64,000 nt of DNA from Octopus sinensis (taxonomy: Eukaryota): NCBI RefSeq assembly GCF_006345805.1, contig NC_043018.1, forward strand, positions 25,358,001 to 25,422,000, written 5' to 3'. The notes below the pieces were generated by a model. The model had not been told where the DNA came from, did not search any database, and worked only from the letters and a program-made list of their open reading frames with translations. Shown here piece after piece: positions 1 through 12,695 of the stretch (its first letter is position 1; each line of letters opens with the position of its first letter). The translations under genes were made by a program, and so were the position numbers.

Positions 1-511
1 AACTCGGTTATCCACTGCATCCCTCTCCATCCTCCAGTCATTTCGACCCTAGTCTTGCTATTGGACTGAAGATGGTCAAAGATGAGAGAAAGAGAGTGAG
101 GTTTGACAGTGGGTAACTCATCTTCATTTTAAACAAAGCCACCACATGAGTTATCAGTCATCCTTAAGGACGACTAGATAACTCTCATCACTTCAACGGA
201 CAAACATGTACATGTAACTGATAAACCATTATGTACAGAAATTAAACAAAAACAAAGATGAGTCTTTCACAGGAGAAATAAGTGTTCAATGATCAAGCCA
301 TGCTAATATCTTGCTTGCCCCTGTCAATGAACATCTTTTGAATTTGTAGACTCCTTCTGTGTCTTCTTTGTAACCCGTTACACTACAGTGACCTCAAGCT
401 TTTAGGGGATAAAATGATTTTAAAAAATGCTTCCTCAGCACTTTTATATTGCTTGAAACTGTGTCTTTGGATTAACTATAGTTGCATTCTTAATAAGCAT
501 TTCTACTATAG

Positions 512-712
512 ACACAAGGCTTGAAATTTTGGTGGGGGGGGGGATAGTCAATTACATCGATCCCAGTACTTAACTGGTACTTAATTTATTGACCCTGAAA
601 GAATGAAAGGCAAAGTTGACCTCGGCGGGATTTGAACTCAGAGCAAACAGACAGGCAAAATGCTTAGCAGCATTTTGCCCAGCATGCTAACAATTCTACT
701 AGCTTGCTGCTA
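512..712 (-). mobile_element. tRNA-derived SINE, family B (Meta-domain type)
   Basis: Reverse complement of the repeat TTCTGAGTTCAAATTCCGCCGAGGTCGACTTTGCCTTTCATCC...TAAATTAAGTACCAG found many times in the window. Confidence 0.8.
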
Positions 713-810
713 TGTTCTTAATAACATAAGGATTTCCATTAACAGCAGATTGCCAACCTCGGCTACATACCTAAAAATAACATCCATTAATTCTCATCTA
801 GAATCTTCCA

Positions 811-1250
811 TTAACCCCTTACCCGGCAAAGGCGAGTTAACTTGTCTTCACCCAATTTGTCTTTTTCAGAGTGTGTTGAATAAACTTGTGCAAAACACAT
901 AACTTCAAAAACAGCCACAGACGAGTTTATACCTCAATTCTCAGCATTTCATTTTTGTTTTACAAATTACGCCCAGAAGATGACAATGAGTATGAACCTT
1001 CTATTAGAAGCTTGGATACATCAGGTGAGAGTGCAAGCTCGTTTGATAAAAAAAAAAATTCGTCTGAAAATGAAATGTTTTCACCAGAAAAAGTTTCCGG
1101 GGAAGGAGTTAACAGTCAATGGCCAACCTCAGTTAATAACAGACCCTTTATATTGTTATTCAGCCAGCTAGAAATAGCCTGTACATCTTCCTCAAATTAC
1201 ACACTACTATTCTTACAAAAGGAATGGTTTATTAGACAATGTAACCCCTA
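811..1250 (+). mobile_element. Truncated piggyBac-like transposon 5' fragment
   Basis: Starts TTAA-CCCCTT (piggyBac target site plus CCC terminus). It is followed by an acidic, Ser-rich open stretch (EDDNEYEPS...W...PF) like piggyBac transposase N-termini. No catalytic domain or right end is visible. Confidence 0.4.
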
Positions 1251-1464
1251 ATACACAAAAATATGGGATAGTCAAGGCTGGAACATCTTTGATCATGAGG
1301 CTACTTGATGAAGATAGATGTGGAACTAAACAACAACTGACATATTTTTCTCTCTCTCTATACCCAGAAATATCAAGAAGATGGTATGAGTGAAAGATGT
1401 CAATTTTCAGAGCTTACCACTGTCAAATGGTCACCAAAAGAGATTAATGGGACAATTTACTTAC

Positions 1465-1542
1465 CTCACTCAATTGATTCATTTCACAGACTAATTGGGA
1501 CAGCAACTGGACTCCTATCATAACATGTTGTGTGGACATACT
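1465..1542 (-). CDS. XPO7: Exportin-7 coding exon 6 (SMSTQHVMIGVQLLSQLVCEMNQLSE)
   Basis: Acceptor ttatccttcag, donor GAG|gtaagt, 78 nt, phase 0-0. Similar to vertebrate XPO7 (IIGVTILSQLTNEINQ). Confidence 0.93.
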
Positions 1543-3126
1543 CTGAAGGATAAAACACATGGAATTTGCATTAATTATTATCACTTAGGCCACACGTCTT
1601 TGAACTTCTGGACATACTCTGAAGGATAAGACACTTTTCAGCAACCCTTCATATATAAAGACTTACAGCACCCACTTTCTGGACACTATATTTAAGCCCT
1701 TATTTTTTCTGCAAAAACCTATTCTGACACTAAATGAGTCAACTTCTGGTACGAATGTTTACATTTTGTATATCTTTTTGCATCAAAAAAAATTTCTAAA
1801 AAAATTCTAGAAACGATCTACTCATGTAATTTATACATCCCTAGAGTTTATTTTTATTTTTGCAAAAGAAAATGCGTAAATTATATGGGTTTTTACATTA
1901 AGTGTTTCATCAACATAAAACCTAAAGTGACATAAATTCTATTAAAGAAGTCATAAACTACTTTCCTGGTATTGAGTACTTTTTTGTTCCAAAGTCTTAC
2001 TAATGTGTGTATCTATGTATGCATATAACACTTGAATGCAATGTAGACAAAAGGATAAGAAATTAGAGTGCTTGATCTTGATAGTCAAGCATCAAAATAT
2101 ATTTTTATGTTGCAAGTTCAAACTTTCCTTTACTCAGTTTCACATCTCCGGTTGTCAAACAATTCTAATAAACCATTCTACAACTGACAAGCTATTATTC
2201 AAAAACTTTTTTTGCTGTTTTTAAGTCTCTCATGCTCTCTCTTTCTTCCTGTTGTTCTCTTTCATTCTTGATCATTCTCTTGTTCTTTCCCTCTGACTGG
2301 GCTAACCATTTATCTCCTCAACAGCAAGACACCTGTTTCTGTCCGTCTACCACACTCTAACCTGGCACAAGCTCACATCCTCCAATAACCCCACCACTAC
2401 CAAAGGATCTTTGTCTTGCAAGTTACTTGGTGACTCTGGCAGTACTGGTACCACATAAAAAGCATCCAGTCCACACTGTAAAGCGGTTGGCATTTGGAAG
2501 GCCACCCAGCTATAAAAAAACTGTGCCAAAAGAATACTTTGCTGGTACTGGGGCCACATAAAAAACACCCAAGTCCACTCTGTGAGGTGGTCAGCATTAG
2601 GAAAGGCATCCAGCCGTAAAGACCATGCCAAAACAGACAGCGAAGCATGGTGCAGTGTTCTGGCTTGTCAGCTCCTGTCAAACTGTTCAACCCATGCCAG
2701 CATGGAAAACAGACGGCAAATGATGATAACAATTAAAGGATCAAGGTTTTTGTTGTTAACTAAGCCTAGGTTTGTTTTTTTCAGGATTGGTTAACCTACA
2801 TCCACAGTGGCTAGCAAAATTATGCTTATGATCCTTAAGCACGTAGGGATCTACCTCATATTATGCTCAAAGATCATAAGGGTAGCGTCTACACTTGAAA
2901 AACGACAATAGGGTAGACGACAAGACCTCTGCCTTATCATACACCTACACTGTTATCTATTTTAAATGCAAATGCTATCTCCTAGCCAACATAGCACAGA
3001 TAAGAGTTTTCTCAGAACATTATCTTATCAGATTTGACATACATTTTATCTTGATGTACCAAAAAAATTCAGCCTGCTCTTTAGATGACTTTGGAATTTG
3101 CTATTGAACTTCCTGTATGTGTGTGG

Positions 3127-3170
<44 letters not shown>

Positions 3171-3259
3171 AAGAGAGACAGTGTAGTTTCTGATGTATAT
3201 TTTTATAAATGACAGACACACACATATGCATGTGTATATGCAGAGTGTGTGTGTATGTA

Positions 3260-3299
<40 letters not shown>

Positions 3300-3300
<1 letters not shown>

Positions 3301-3743
3301 GGTGGGGGCTGAAAAGTCCCTGGCTTTGGGTAAAAGAAAATACAGGTGGACCAGTTAATTATGATTTTATCAAACATATTCCCCTCTCAGATTAACAAAC
3401 TTACTGCAGCAGTCCTTCAATTTTTCTAAGCCCTGCAAAAGAACTCAGAAGGTTGAGCCTCCAACCAGGCCTTTCATGATACCCTTAACCCTTTAGTGTT
3501 CGCATTATTCTGCCAAAATTAATCCTTCTTTATCCACATTGCCTTGAACTAATCAGGCATTTATCTTGGAGCTATGAGATTTTGATGAGGTAGCTGTTAA
3601 TTTTTAAGATGATATTGTAGTGCTGGTGTGGAGACCAGATCTGGCCAGTTTGAACATAAAACAAGCAGAATACTTTTGGCCGGATATGGCCGGTTTAAAT
3701 GCTAAAGGGTTAAAGCCAGGAGCTTTTCAGTACCACACTCATA
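3300..3743. mobile_element. Mariner/Tc1-like MITE with a nested piggyBac-type MITE (3489-3709)
   Basis: Outer TIRs GGGGCTGAAAAGTCCCTGGCTTT / AAAGCCAGGAGCTTTTCAGTACC. The inner element CCCTTTAG...CTAAAGGG is flanked by TTAA on both sides. Confidence 0.75.
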
Positions 3744-4043
3744 TGTATGTATATGTATACACACACATATATTTTTGATATATTTATTTACTTGTAGATT
3801 TAAAAAAACTGTCTATGTATTTATACATTTTCAATGTATCATGTATACTGGTTCTTTAAATCCATCTGAAATCAGAGTCATGTTTGTGGATTAAATTACC
3901 TGGTCATACATTCCTTCATATTACATATTTTTATCTTTTACCTCAAGTTCCTCTTGAGCACTCCTAAGTGCAAACCTTAACTGAGAGAATTTCTAATTAA
4001 TCAAATTCTTTCTCAAAACAATTATATATATATATATATATAT

Positions 4044-4359
4044 ATAGGCACAGGAGTGGTTGTGTGGTAAGTAGCTGGCTTACCAACCACATGGTTCCAG
4101 GTTCAGTCTTGCAAGTGGATTGGTAGACAGAAACAGAAAGAAGCACGTTGTATATATGTATATATATGTGTGTTTGTGTCTGTCCCCCCAACATCGCTTG
4201 GTGTGTTTACGTCCCTGTAACTTAGCAGTTCGGCTAAAGAGACTGATAGAACAAGTACTAGGCTTACGAAGAATAAGTCCTGGGGTTGATTTGCTTGACT
4301 AAAGGCGGTGCTCCAGCATGGCTGCAGTCAAATGATTGAAAAAAGTAAAGAGTAAAAGA

Positions 4360-4360
<1 letters not shown>
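4044..4360 (+). mobile_element. tRNA-derived SINE, family A (internally deleted)
   Basis: AGGCACAGGAGTGG..TGTGTGGTAAGTAG head and GGTGCTCCAGCATGGC..CAGTCAAATGA..GTAAAAGAG tail shared with 14351-14766. Confidence 0.8.
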
Positions 4361-4395
<35 letters not shown>

Positions 4396-5343
4396 GTGGA
4401 GATCATCATCACTGTTCTAACGTCCACTCTTCCAACTCTAACATGTTTAATGAACAAGTTTTTGGGGGGTTTTACCTCGCTACACTAAATATAAAAAAAT
4501 AGGCCTTGCAATAAAAAACAATGGCCCTCAGCAACCAGGACGTGAAAGTGAGATGATTATCGAATAGCTTCAACCCATTCAAATTACTATCAGGACCAGG
4601 TTGCTCCCTGCTGGTTTCTGAGCAACAGTAGTTATCACTATATTACAGATACCTTAAGTGTGATCACACTAGACACTGCTATTTTCAAAGCAGTAACTAC
4701 CCTGATCATGCTTACACTATCAACAGTGAGTAAACAAAATCTAAACAGTGGTCTTTACCAATTGATAATAGTTAACTTGACTTTACGCTTTGACTACTGA
4801 TTTTAACACCATAGGCTTGATTTTCATAGCTAGAATAAACATTTTAAAACATATTATAATCTTGATTACAGTGTGTGCGTGTGTGTGTGTGTGTGTGTAT
4901 CATCATCATTTAACATTCGTTTTTCCATGGTGGCATGGGCTGGACAGTTTGACCAGAGCTGCACCAGGTTCCAGTTTCATTTGGCTTAATTTCCATGGCC
5001 GGATGCCTTTCTTAATGTCAACTGCTTTACAGGGTGTACTGGGTGCTTTTTATGTGACACCGGCATGGGTGCTTTTTACATGCCATTGACACAGGGCTCC
5101 CATCACGTCATGCCAATCAGATCTCAGCACTCATTAATACCAAAAGTCAGTCAGTAAAACAAGTACTAGGAACACATTAGTTTAAATTCAACCTCCTTGA
5201 CCTCTATAAAAATTAGTTTTGTGCCAACCAACCAAGTCAGGGAACCAAATAAATGGTAGGGACAGATGAGTACCAGTATCATCTTTTGGGCTTCAGTTCT
5301 CTTTGAACAAAAACAAAAAATTCTAGTAATAAACTAGGATTAA

Positions 5344-5473
5344 CCTTTAGCATGCTGAAAGCAAATCATGTCATAATATGAGTTCTCTCCCCTGTAGTAG
5401 CAGGCACACTGTATCACACTGAGAGGGGAGAATACTCATACAGTGACATGATTCGCCTTCAACATGCTAAAGG
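5344..5473. mobile_element. Fold-back MITE with piggyBac-like ends
   Basis: About 50-bp imperfect inverted arms (CCTTTAGCATG...TCTCCCCT / AGGGGAGA...CATGCTAAAGG) flanked by TTAA/TTGA. Confidence 0.7.
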
Positions 5474-5937
5474 TTGATTCAATCATTCATACGACTACCC
5501 CACCTCATCCTCAGAGCAAAAACTGCTCAAGTGATGGGAACACAAAAAAATCAGCTAAACAAAGAAAGGCACATACGTGTATATGTGTTTATGGTTAACA
5601 CTTCACAAAAAGTACAAATCATCTTAAAAAAGTGGGGTAAAGTAAATAAATATGGTTTTAAATGCACTGTTTGTAAAAAAAAAATGCATCCAGCCGTAGA
5701 AACACTGCCAGATCAGACTGGGCCTGATGCAGCCTTCTGGCTTCACAGACCCCAGTTGAACCGTCCAACCCATGCTAGCATGGAAAGCGGACGCTAAATG
5801 ATGATGATGATGATGATGATGAAAGCATAAGGATGAATTTGAAACCTTTTTGATAATAGGTCCCCTGTAGATAAGTACTGAGCAGTAACAGAAACAACTT
5901 CATTACTTTAGTGAATTAACTGCAAAATTATACATAC

Positions 5938-6033
5938 CTGAATGAATTTGGCTACGTCTTGTACTGCATTTCGGAATACACACTCATCTTTTTGTACATC
6001 AAACCAGCCCAGTTTTGTAATACGTGCAAAAAG
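5938..6033 (-). CDS. XPO7: Exportin-7 coding exon 5 ([32 protein letters not shown])
   Basis: Acceptor acacag, donor CAG|gtatgt, 96 nt. Contains the XPO7 signature [10 protein letters not shown]. Confidence 0.97.
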
Positions 6034-7232
6034 CTGTGTTAACATAAAAATATAAATAAGAAAACAATTAGAAAATTAACAATACACAAAACACCATTTT
6101 CAGCAAAAGTAAAACTAGGACTTTTAAAACAAGTAAAACATCATTTTCAAAAAAGAGAAAATAATATTAGATGCACATTTCTGCCTCTTTGGGCCTCATC
6201 AGTAACAAGTACCCACTGGCAACTGCATGCTAAGACAAAATATATCATCACTGAGACAGGAAAGCAGTGATTAAGAAATCACTGATGTTGCAATTTGCCA
6301 GCTGGCTGAATAAAAATTCATTATGTGCAACAAAAGCAGTATTTGTTTAAAATGGCCATCTGTATATCATACTTGATGCAGAGACATTGTAGAGAGCCTA
6401 ATTAACAGCAGTAATTGTTCTGAGAAAGTATCTACAGATGTAGAGTATTGAAAACAACAGAAATATATCAATAGCAGACAAAAAACAGGCAGAGTAGCGA
6501 GTACCCACAAGCAACTGCATGCTAAGACATACACATCCAGCAATACCACCACCACAGTTGGATGATTTTCAGCTCTTACTGATATATGTTCATGTTAACA
6601 CTGTACATCTTAAGACAAAAACTATAGTTAATCTAGCTTTCTGTGATATATCTGCATCAAGTATGATATACAGATTCCTGTACACACATTAGTGAGAGAG
6701 ACGAAGACGGAAAACATGAGAATCTTTACTGATCACTACAATTGTTTCTACTCTTCTAGCATTGATCCCTTGCGGGTGGGGTACTGAACAACTTGTTTAA
6801 GTGTATCCCTCGGTGTAGATGTGTCTCCTCGGGTGATTTCAAGAAGTATCTCATTAAAATAAATTCTGTTTCACCAGATTTCTTCTTGGTCTTCATATAC
6901 GGAAATGGCTCAGCAGTTTGGAAATAGAATAAGTACTAGGTTTTAAAAATAGTAAGTACAGGGTTACTTATTGTTAGGCTAAACACTTCAAGGTAGTGCC
7001 TCAGAATGGCTGCTGCCCAATGACTGAAACAAGTAAAAGATAAAAGATATTGCTACAGCATCTTATCAACCATTGTGTACTTTATCCATTACATATTTTC
7101 ACCTAGATAGTTTGATTTTGTGTCTTGAGAAAATCTCTTATTTGGGTTAAGAAGAAACAATATGACAAACTCTTCATAGAAATCAGAAGAAGAGGAAAAA
7201 AACGTTTCTTACATATATTATTACAATCTTAC

Positions 7233-7303
7233 CTGGACCAGTGACTGTAATACATAATGAACTAATTTTGGTCTAGTACCCAAAAAATTTAGTACATAAT
7301 TTC
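7233..7303 (-). CDS. XPO7: Exportin-7 coding exon 4 (R-NYVLNFLGTRPKLVHYVLQSLVQ)
   Basis: Polypyrimidine tract plus cag acceptor, donor CAG|gtaaga, 71 nt, phase 1-0. Matches XPO7 RNYVLNYLATRPKL. Confidence 0.97.
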
Positions 7304-8332
7304 CTGAGGAAGAAAAAGAAAGAAAGACAAATTAAAAACTGATGCCCCAGCATGGCTGCAGTCAAATGACTGAAACAAGTAAAAGATAAAAAAAGATACA
7401 TACAAATATTGGTGTCAAATTTTGGCACAAGGCCAGCAATTTTCAAGGAAGAGGGGGATTGAGTTGATTACATCAACCCCCTAGTGCTCAACCTCCCCAC
7501 CCCCACCCCCAAAAGGATGAATGGCAAAGTTGACCGTGGCAGAATTTGGACTTAGAACATAAAGACAGATGAAACACCACTAAGCATTTTGTCCAGTGCA
7601 GTAACTACTCTGCCAATATTACAATACAAATCATAGTAATTATCTTTTGTATCTTGGGACGGTCATTATGCCAATGATAAGCACATGCACAGGTTTTATT
7701 ATACTTCTGTATTTTTATTTTACAATTTGCTAGTAGCATGATCATTGAATGTTGGGCTTTACAGAGGCAATGACAAGTGACCGAGACCTTTGGTCACATG
7801 CTGTGCTTCAGAAGGCTTGCCAAGCCAAGTGACTTCATAGTCATGGCCGTTGCTGGTGTCATTTAAATGGCACCCGTGCTGGTAGCACATAAAAAGCACC
7901 CATTACACTCTCGGGGTGGTTGGTGTTAGGAAGGGCAGCCAACTTTAGAAACCGTGCCACAACAGACTGGAACCTGGTGTAGCTCTCCAGCTTACCAGTT
8001 GCAGTCAAACTGTCTAACCCATGCCAGCATGGAAAGCAGATGTATGATGATGATTAACCATTTAATTAATCAATCAATCAGCTAAATTTGTCAGTCCTTT
8101 TGGTTGACTGATGGTACGAATTATCAAACAATTCATTAGCTAAATGGTTAACAAACTGACAAAAATAGAACCAGTGAGTGGGTTTATTATTGGCATAATG
8201 ACCCTCCAAAGACAACAAAATATCACTTGTTATGGTTACCTCTACAGATATTCTGTAATAAGCGATATAATAGCACTGCTAACACAGCAGAACATAGTAC
8301 TGACTTATAAAACCATTTAATATACTTTAGAA

Positions 8333-8643
8333 CAGTAGTTCTCAACTGGGGTCCATATAAGATTTTGGTGGGTTCACACAACAAAATAGTAAATTAGGGA
8401 TCCACAATAGTAGTTTAAGGGTCCCTGAAAAATTTTGCTTCAGATGTATGTATTAGAAGAAACAGCTAGGTTTCTTTCTTTAACATTTTAAATAGTTCAA
8501 ACTACACAAGTTAATGTGTGGAAAACAAAATAGGGATTTTTAATAAAACTAGCTTTTAAACATTGAGTGGCTGGGGGGGGGGGGCACTAGAATAAAATAA
8601 TAATCAAAGGAGTCTATAGATAAAAAATGGTTGAGAACCCTTG
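8333..8643 (+). mobile_element. hAT-type MITE
   Basis: CAGTAGTTCTCAAC...GTTGAGAACCCTTG termini, degenerate 8-bp TSD (ctttagaa/ttttagag). An inverted sister copy lies at 12696-13036. Confidence 0.75.
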
Positions 8644-9082
8644 TTTTAGAGTATATTATGGTTGCATAACGGAATACCACATCCCTACAAGTCATTAATA
8701 TTTATGTAACAACAAAACATGTTTCAACACACAGATTCATATCAAGAATCTTGTAAGTCAAGTAAAGAAACGAAATATTCATAACGATTTGTTAAATGAG
8801 ATTAAGACACCAGACAAAAGTGAAAAGTCCATAACAGCAATCAGGGACAAATGGAAGAACTTGGTATTATACATGACAGAGAGAAAGAAGGAGAAAGAGA
8901 GGGTAAGGGAAAGAAAAGAGAGAGAAAGAGAAGGGGGGATGTGTAACAAGATCAAGTAATCATCCACACCACCAAAAACAAACCAACTGACATTCACAAC
9001 AGTTATAGATTTTGTTGCACAGAATATGGAAATAAGAATAAAAAGAGCATTAATAAAAGAATCTGTGCAGTCAGCTACTCAC

Positions 9083-9176
9083 GTATGTCTATTCTTTGTT
9101 CCAATGGTAATGTCAAATTTGGACGACTGACCAATTTTGTAAGAGTTGAAGCTGCCAGGAGTTGTGCATAGGGAGA
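9083..9176 (-). CDS. XPO7: Exportin-7 coding exon 3 ([31 protein letters not shown])
   Basis: Acceptor ttatttttag, donor AC|gtgagt, 94 nt. Matches XPO7 [24 protein letters not shown] (importin-beta N-terminal domain). Confidence 0.97.
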
Positions 9177-10395
9177 CTAAAAATAACAAAAAGAAAAAGA
9201 AAATTAAAGCAACAAAAAAAAAATTAATTATCAATCATCATATGAGGCATTTAATAACAGTGTCATAAGAGCCACTCCGGCCATTTTCGAGGTTAGAATA
9301 TCATTTTGTCTCGATGTCTAGAATCCAAAAAAGTTGAGAAGAAGAACCAGTGAGCCTTGCAATAAGGTTGAAAATCCAACTGAAAAAAATTGTACCTCGA
9401 CACTATTGACATGGCACCCAAGCTTGGACCAGAGAGTTTAGTAACACACCATTGTAAGCATATACGCTCAATCAATAACTTTGATGTGGTCCCTGTATTG
9501 TTTCTCAGGGTGTTATGGCTCATTTTCTAATATAAAGATATTTACCTTGGCATATTAAAACACAAACAATACCTTGGTGGGGAATGGGGGTCTCTGTATG
9601 TTTTTTTCTAGGTATTATGGCTAAAACATGCAATGTGACACACCATTTCGTAGTACTGTTATATTCTACAAAATGAGAAAGACACAATCATTATTTCATC
9701 TTTCAGATGCATATATAAATGATTTTACATTGTTGGAATGATTAGAGGAGGTCTTCACAGTCATTTTAAGACCAAAACCAGCTTCCTAACTTCATTCCTT
9801 GCCGAGATATTGCATTCTTAAAGTAGCAAAACTTTGACTACATTTTTCTCGATTTTTAAGTTGTGGTGCTTATGACGGTCTGTTACTAAAAGCCTCGTAT
9901 TTATTATATAAAATTGCAAAGATTAAGAAATAATTAATTATAAAGGAAGGAAAAAATAAATTGACTGATTTATTACTGAAACTTATTTCCATCATCATTT
10001 TATAATTATTGAATTGAACTGAAAAATGATTGCAATGTTGTAATAACCCAGGAGGACATGGAGCAGGGTGGTGGAGAGTATGATCTTCGGATGCTGAGTC
10101 TCATGGAGATGATGACAAGTGATTGAGACCTTTGGTGATTTGCTGTGCCTTGAGAAGACACATCAAGCCAAGTGGAACCATAGTCATGACCAGTGCCAGT
10201 GACACATAAAAGGCACCCATGTCAGTGACACATAAAAGGCATCCGCTATACTCTGTGGAGTGGTTGGCGTTAGGAAGGGCATTCAACTGTAGAAACCAAG
10301 CCAAAACAGACTGGAGCCTGGTGCAGCTCTCTGGCTTACCAGTCATATCATATAACCCATGCCTGCATGGCAAGTGGGTCTCAGCTATAAACCAG

Positions 10396-11467
10396 CATGT
10401 CTTGGAATATTTACACTTAAGAATAGCCTGGGCAAAGTTTAGAAAGCTTCTACCCCTACTGGTGGCAAAGGGTCTCTTGCTTGGAGTTAAAGGTAGATTG
10501 TACGATGCATGTGTGCAAAATGCCATGCTTCACAGCTGTGAAACATGGGCCGTGACTGCAGAAGACAAGTGTAGGCTCAAAAGAAATGAAGCTAGCATGA
10601 TCCACTGGATGTGTAATGTCAGTGTGCACACATGACAGAGTGTAAGCACCCTGAGAGAAATGTTAGACATAAGAAGCATCGGATGTGGCGTGCAAGAGAG
10701 ACGTTTACGCTGGTATGGTCAAGTACTGTGGATAGATGAGGAGAGATGTGTGAAGAAGTGTCACTCCCAAACAGTGGAAGGAATCCAAGCAGGACCACTT
10801 CATCCACCTCCAACACCTCCAAGATTACTTCAGACCAGCTACGTGATAGTTTGTGAGACCAGGAAGACATGGGATGAGGTGGTCAAGCATGACCATCGAA
10901 TGTTGGGCCTCACAGAAGCAATGACGAAAGACCGAGACCTCTGGAGATATAATGTGACTGCGAAGACCCAGCAAATAAAGTGAGTTCACAGCTGTATCCT
11001 ACACCAGTTTCATATAACCAGCCCCAACCCATTCAAAAAAACCTTGGATCATAGGGTAACCTGCTGTGCTTGAGGAGACCTATTGAGTCAAGTACATCAA
11101 CATCAAAATGAAAATCAAATGGAAATCGTAGTTGTGATACCCATGCCGGTAGCATGTAAAAAGCACCATCCGAACGTAGCCGATGCCAGCGCCACCTCGA
11201 CTGGCTTCTGTGCCGGTGGCACATAAAAAGCACCAACCAATCAGTCGTTGCTAGCCTCCTCTGGCCTCTGTGCTGGTGGCACATAAAAAGCACCCACTAC
11301 ACTCATGGAGTGGTTGGCATTAGGAAGGGCATCCAGCTGAAGAAACACTGCCAGATCAGATTGGAGCCTGGTGCAGCCTCCTGGCTTCCCAGACCCCGGT
11401 CGAACCATCCAACCCATGCTAGCATGAAAAACAGATGTTAAATTATGATGATGATGATGATGATGAC
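10396..11467 (+). mobile_element. RTE-clade LINE 3' relic with repetitive 3' UTR and (GAT)n tail
   Basis: Translates to RIAWAKFRKLLPLL...KGRLYDACV..MLHSCETWA...RRLRWYGQV, the C-terminus of an RTE ORF, with an in-frame stop. Ends in GAT repeats. Confidence 0.88.
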
Positions 11468-12695
11468 ATTGCCGAAATAAATTTTCAGAATTTACCAAAT
11501 AAAAATGACATTTGAAAAATCCATATTTCTTTTGCATTTCAGTGTATATCATAATAATAGTTAGTTGTAATTTATTTAGTGAATCAAATAGTTCTCCATT
11601 ATGATCAATGCAATTTGTAATTAATCTGAACTAAAATTAGGTGAAATAAAAATGATTCATTAATACCAATTAATTATTTTTATCTAAATAAAAGCTTCCT
11701 GGATATTCTGCAAGTGCAAGTTTATGTGTATGTGTAATCATCATATAAAAACAGAGAAACATAGTCGATTTTTTTAATAACTCATATGCTTGCATTCATT
11801 ACAATAGTATAAGAATTATAGTATTTTACTTGAGTAATAAGTCACACTTGTGTATAAGTCACATAACAAATTTAGTATTAAATCTTGGTACAAAATATTT
11901 TTTCTTTACAGTTTTAGCTTTGCCCTATATAAAAGTCATGTCCCAGTTTTTTGAGGGGTTTTATTTACCAGTCAATTCAGGTATAAAATAGCACAACTTA
12001 TACACAAGTAAACAAGTCACATAACCACAAAGGAAGTTTAAAGAAAACACACACACACACACACACACACAATTGCTTTTCTAATGAGAATATCATATTA
12101 TTCTGGTCAATGAAAAGTTGAGGTAGGGGGGAGCTATCAATTAACCTAAGTCATTGTGTCCAGTAAACAGCCAGAGAAGGACAGCACTGAAATGTGAGCA
12201 ACCATGGTCAAATCAAGCTTGGTTTAAGTTCAATCAAAGTGAAATTAACTGGTGTGATTGACATTATACAAGTCACGTGACCAACATGATTACAACCGAC
12301 TGAGTGGATAAGACAATTTCACCAAGAAGTTTCAAAATTTAGGTCATTAGTCACAAACGAGGAGATTTTGAGAAGAGCAATTGGAAACAGCCAGGACATG
12401 GTTACCACTTGACAGCAAACGTAAAAGGGGTGAGCCAAAGGTCACTCGGTAGCAGTTGGGTCACAACTGCTGCATGAGGCTGTACCAACATAGCAACAAT
12501 TCAGCCTGGGTGGCCACATTGTCTGTCTAGCTGATCAATGGCATGCAAAAACAATCATGAATAGGCACTTGATGGCAGGCATAAAAAGGGGCAGGTCAAA
12601 GGTCACTTGGTAGCTGTTGGGTCACAACTGCTGCAAGAGGTTGTACCAATTCAGAGCACCAATTCAGCGTAGGTGGCCACATTATCTGTCTAGTT

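Noticed and set aside
11140-11300. Spaced GGTGGCACATAAAAAGCACC repeats resembling a CRISPR array (also 16640-16860)
   Set aside because: Eukaryotic context, degenerate units, related spacers and no cas genes; these are RTE 3' UTR repeats
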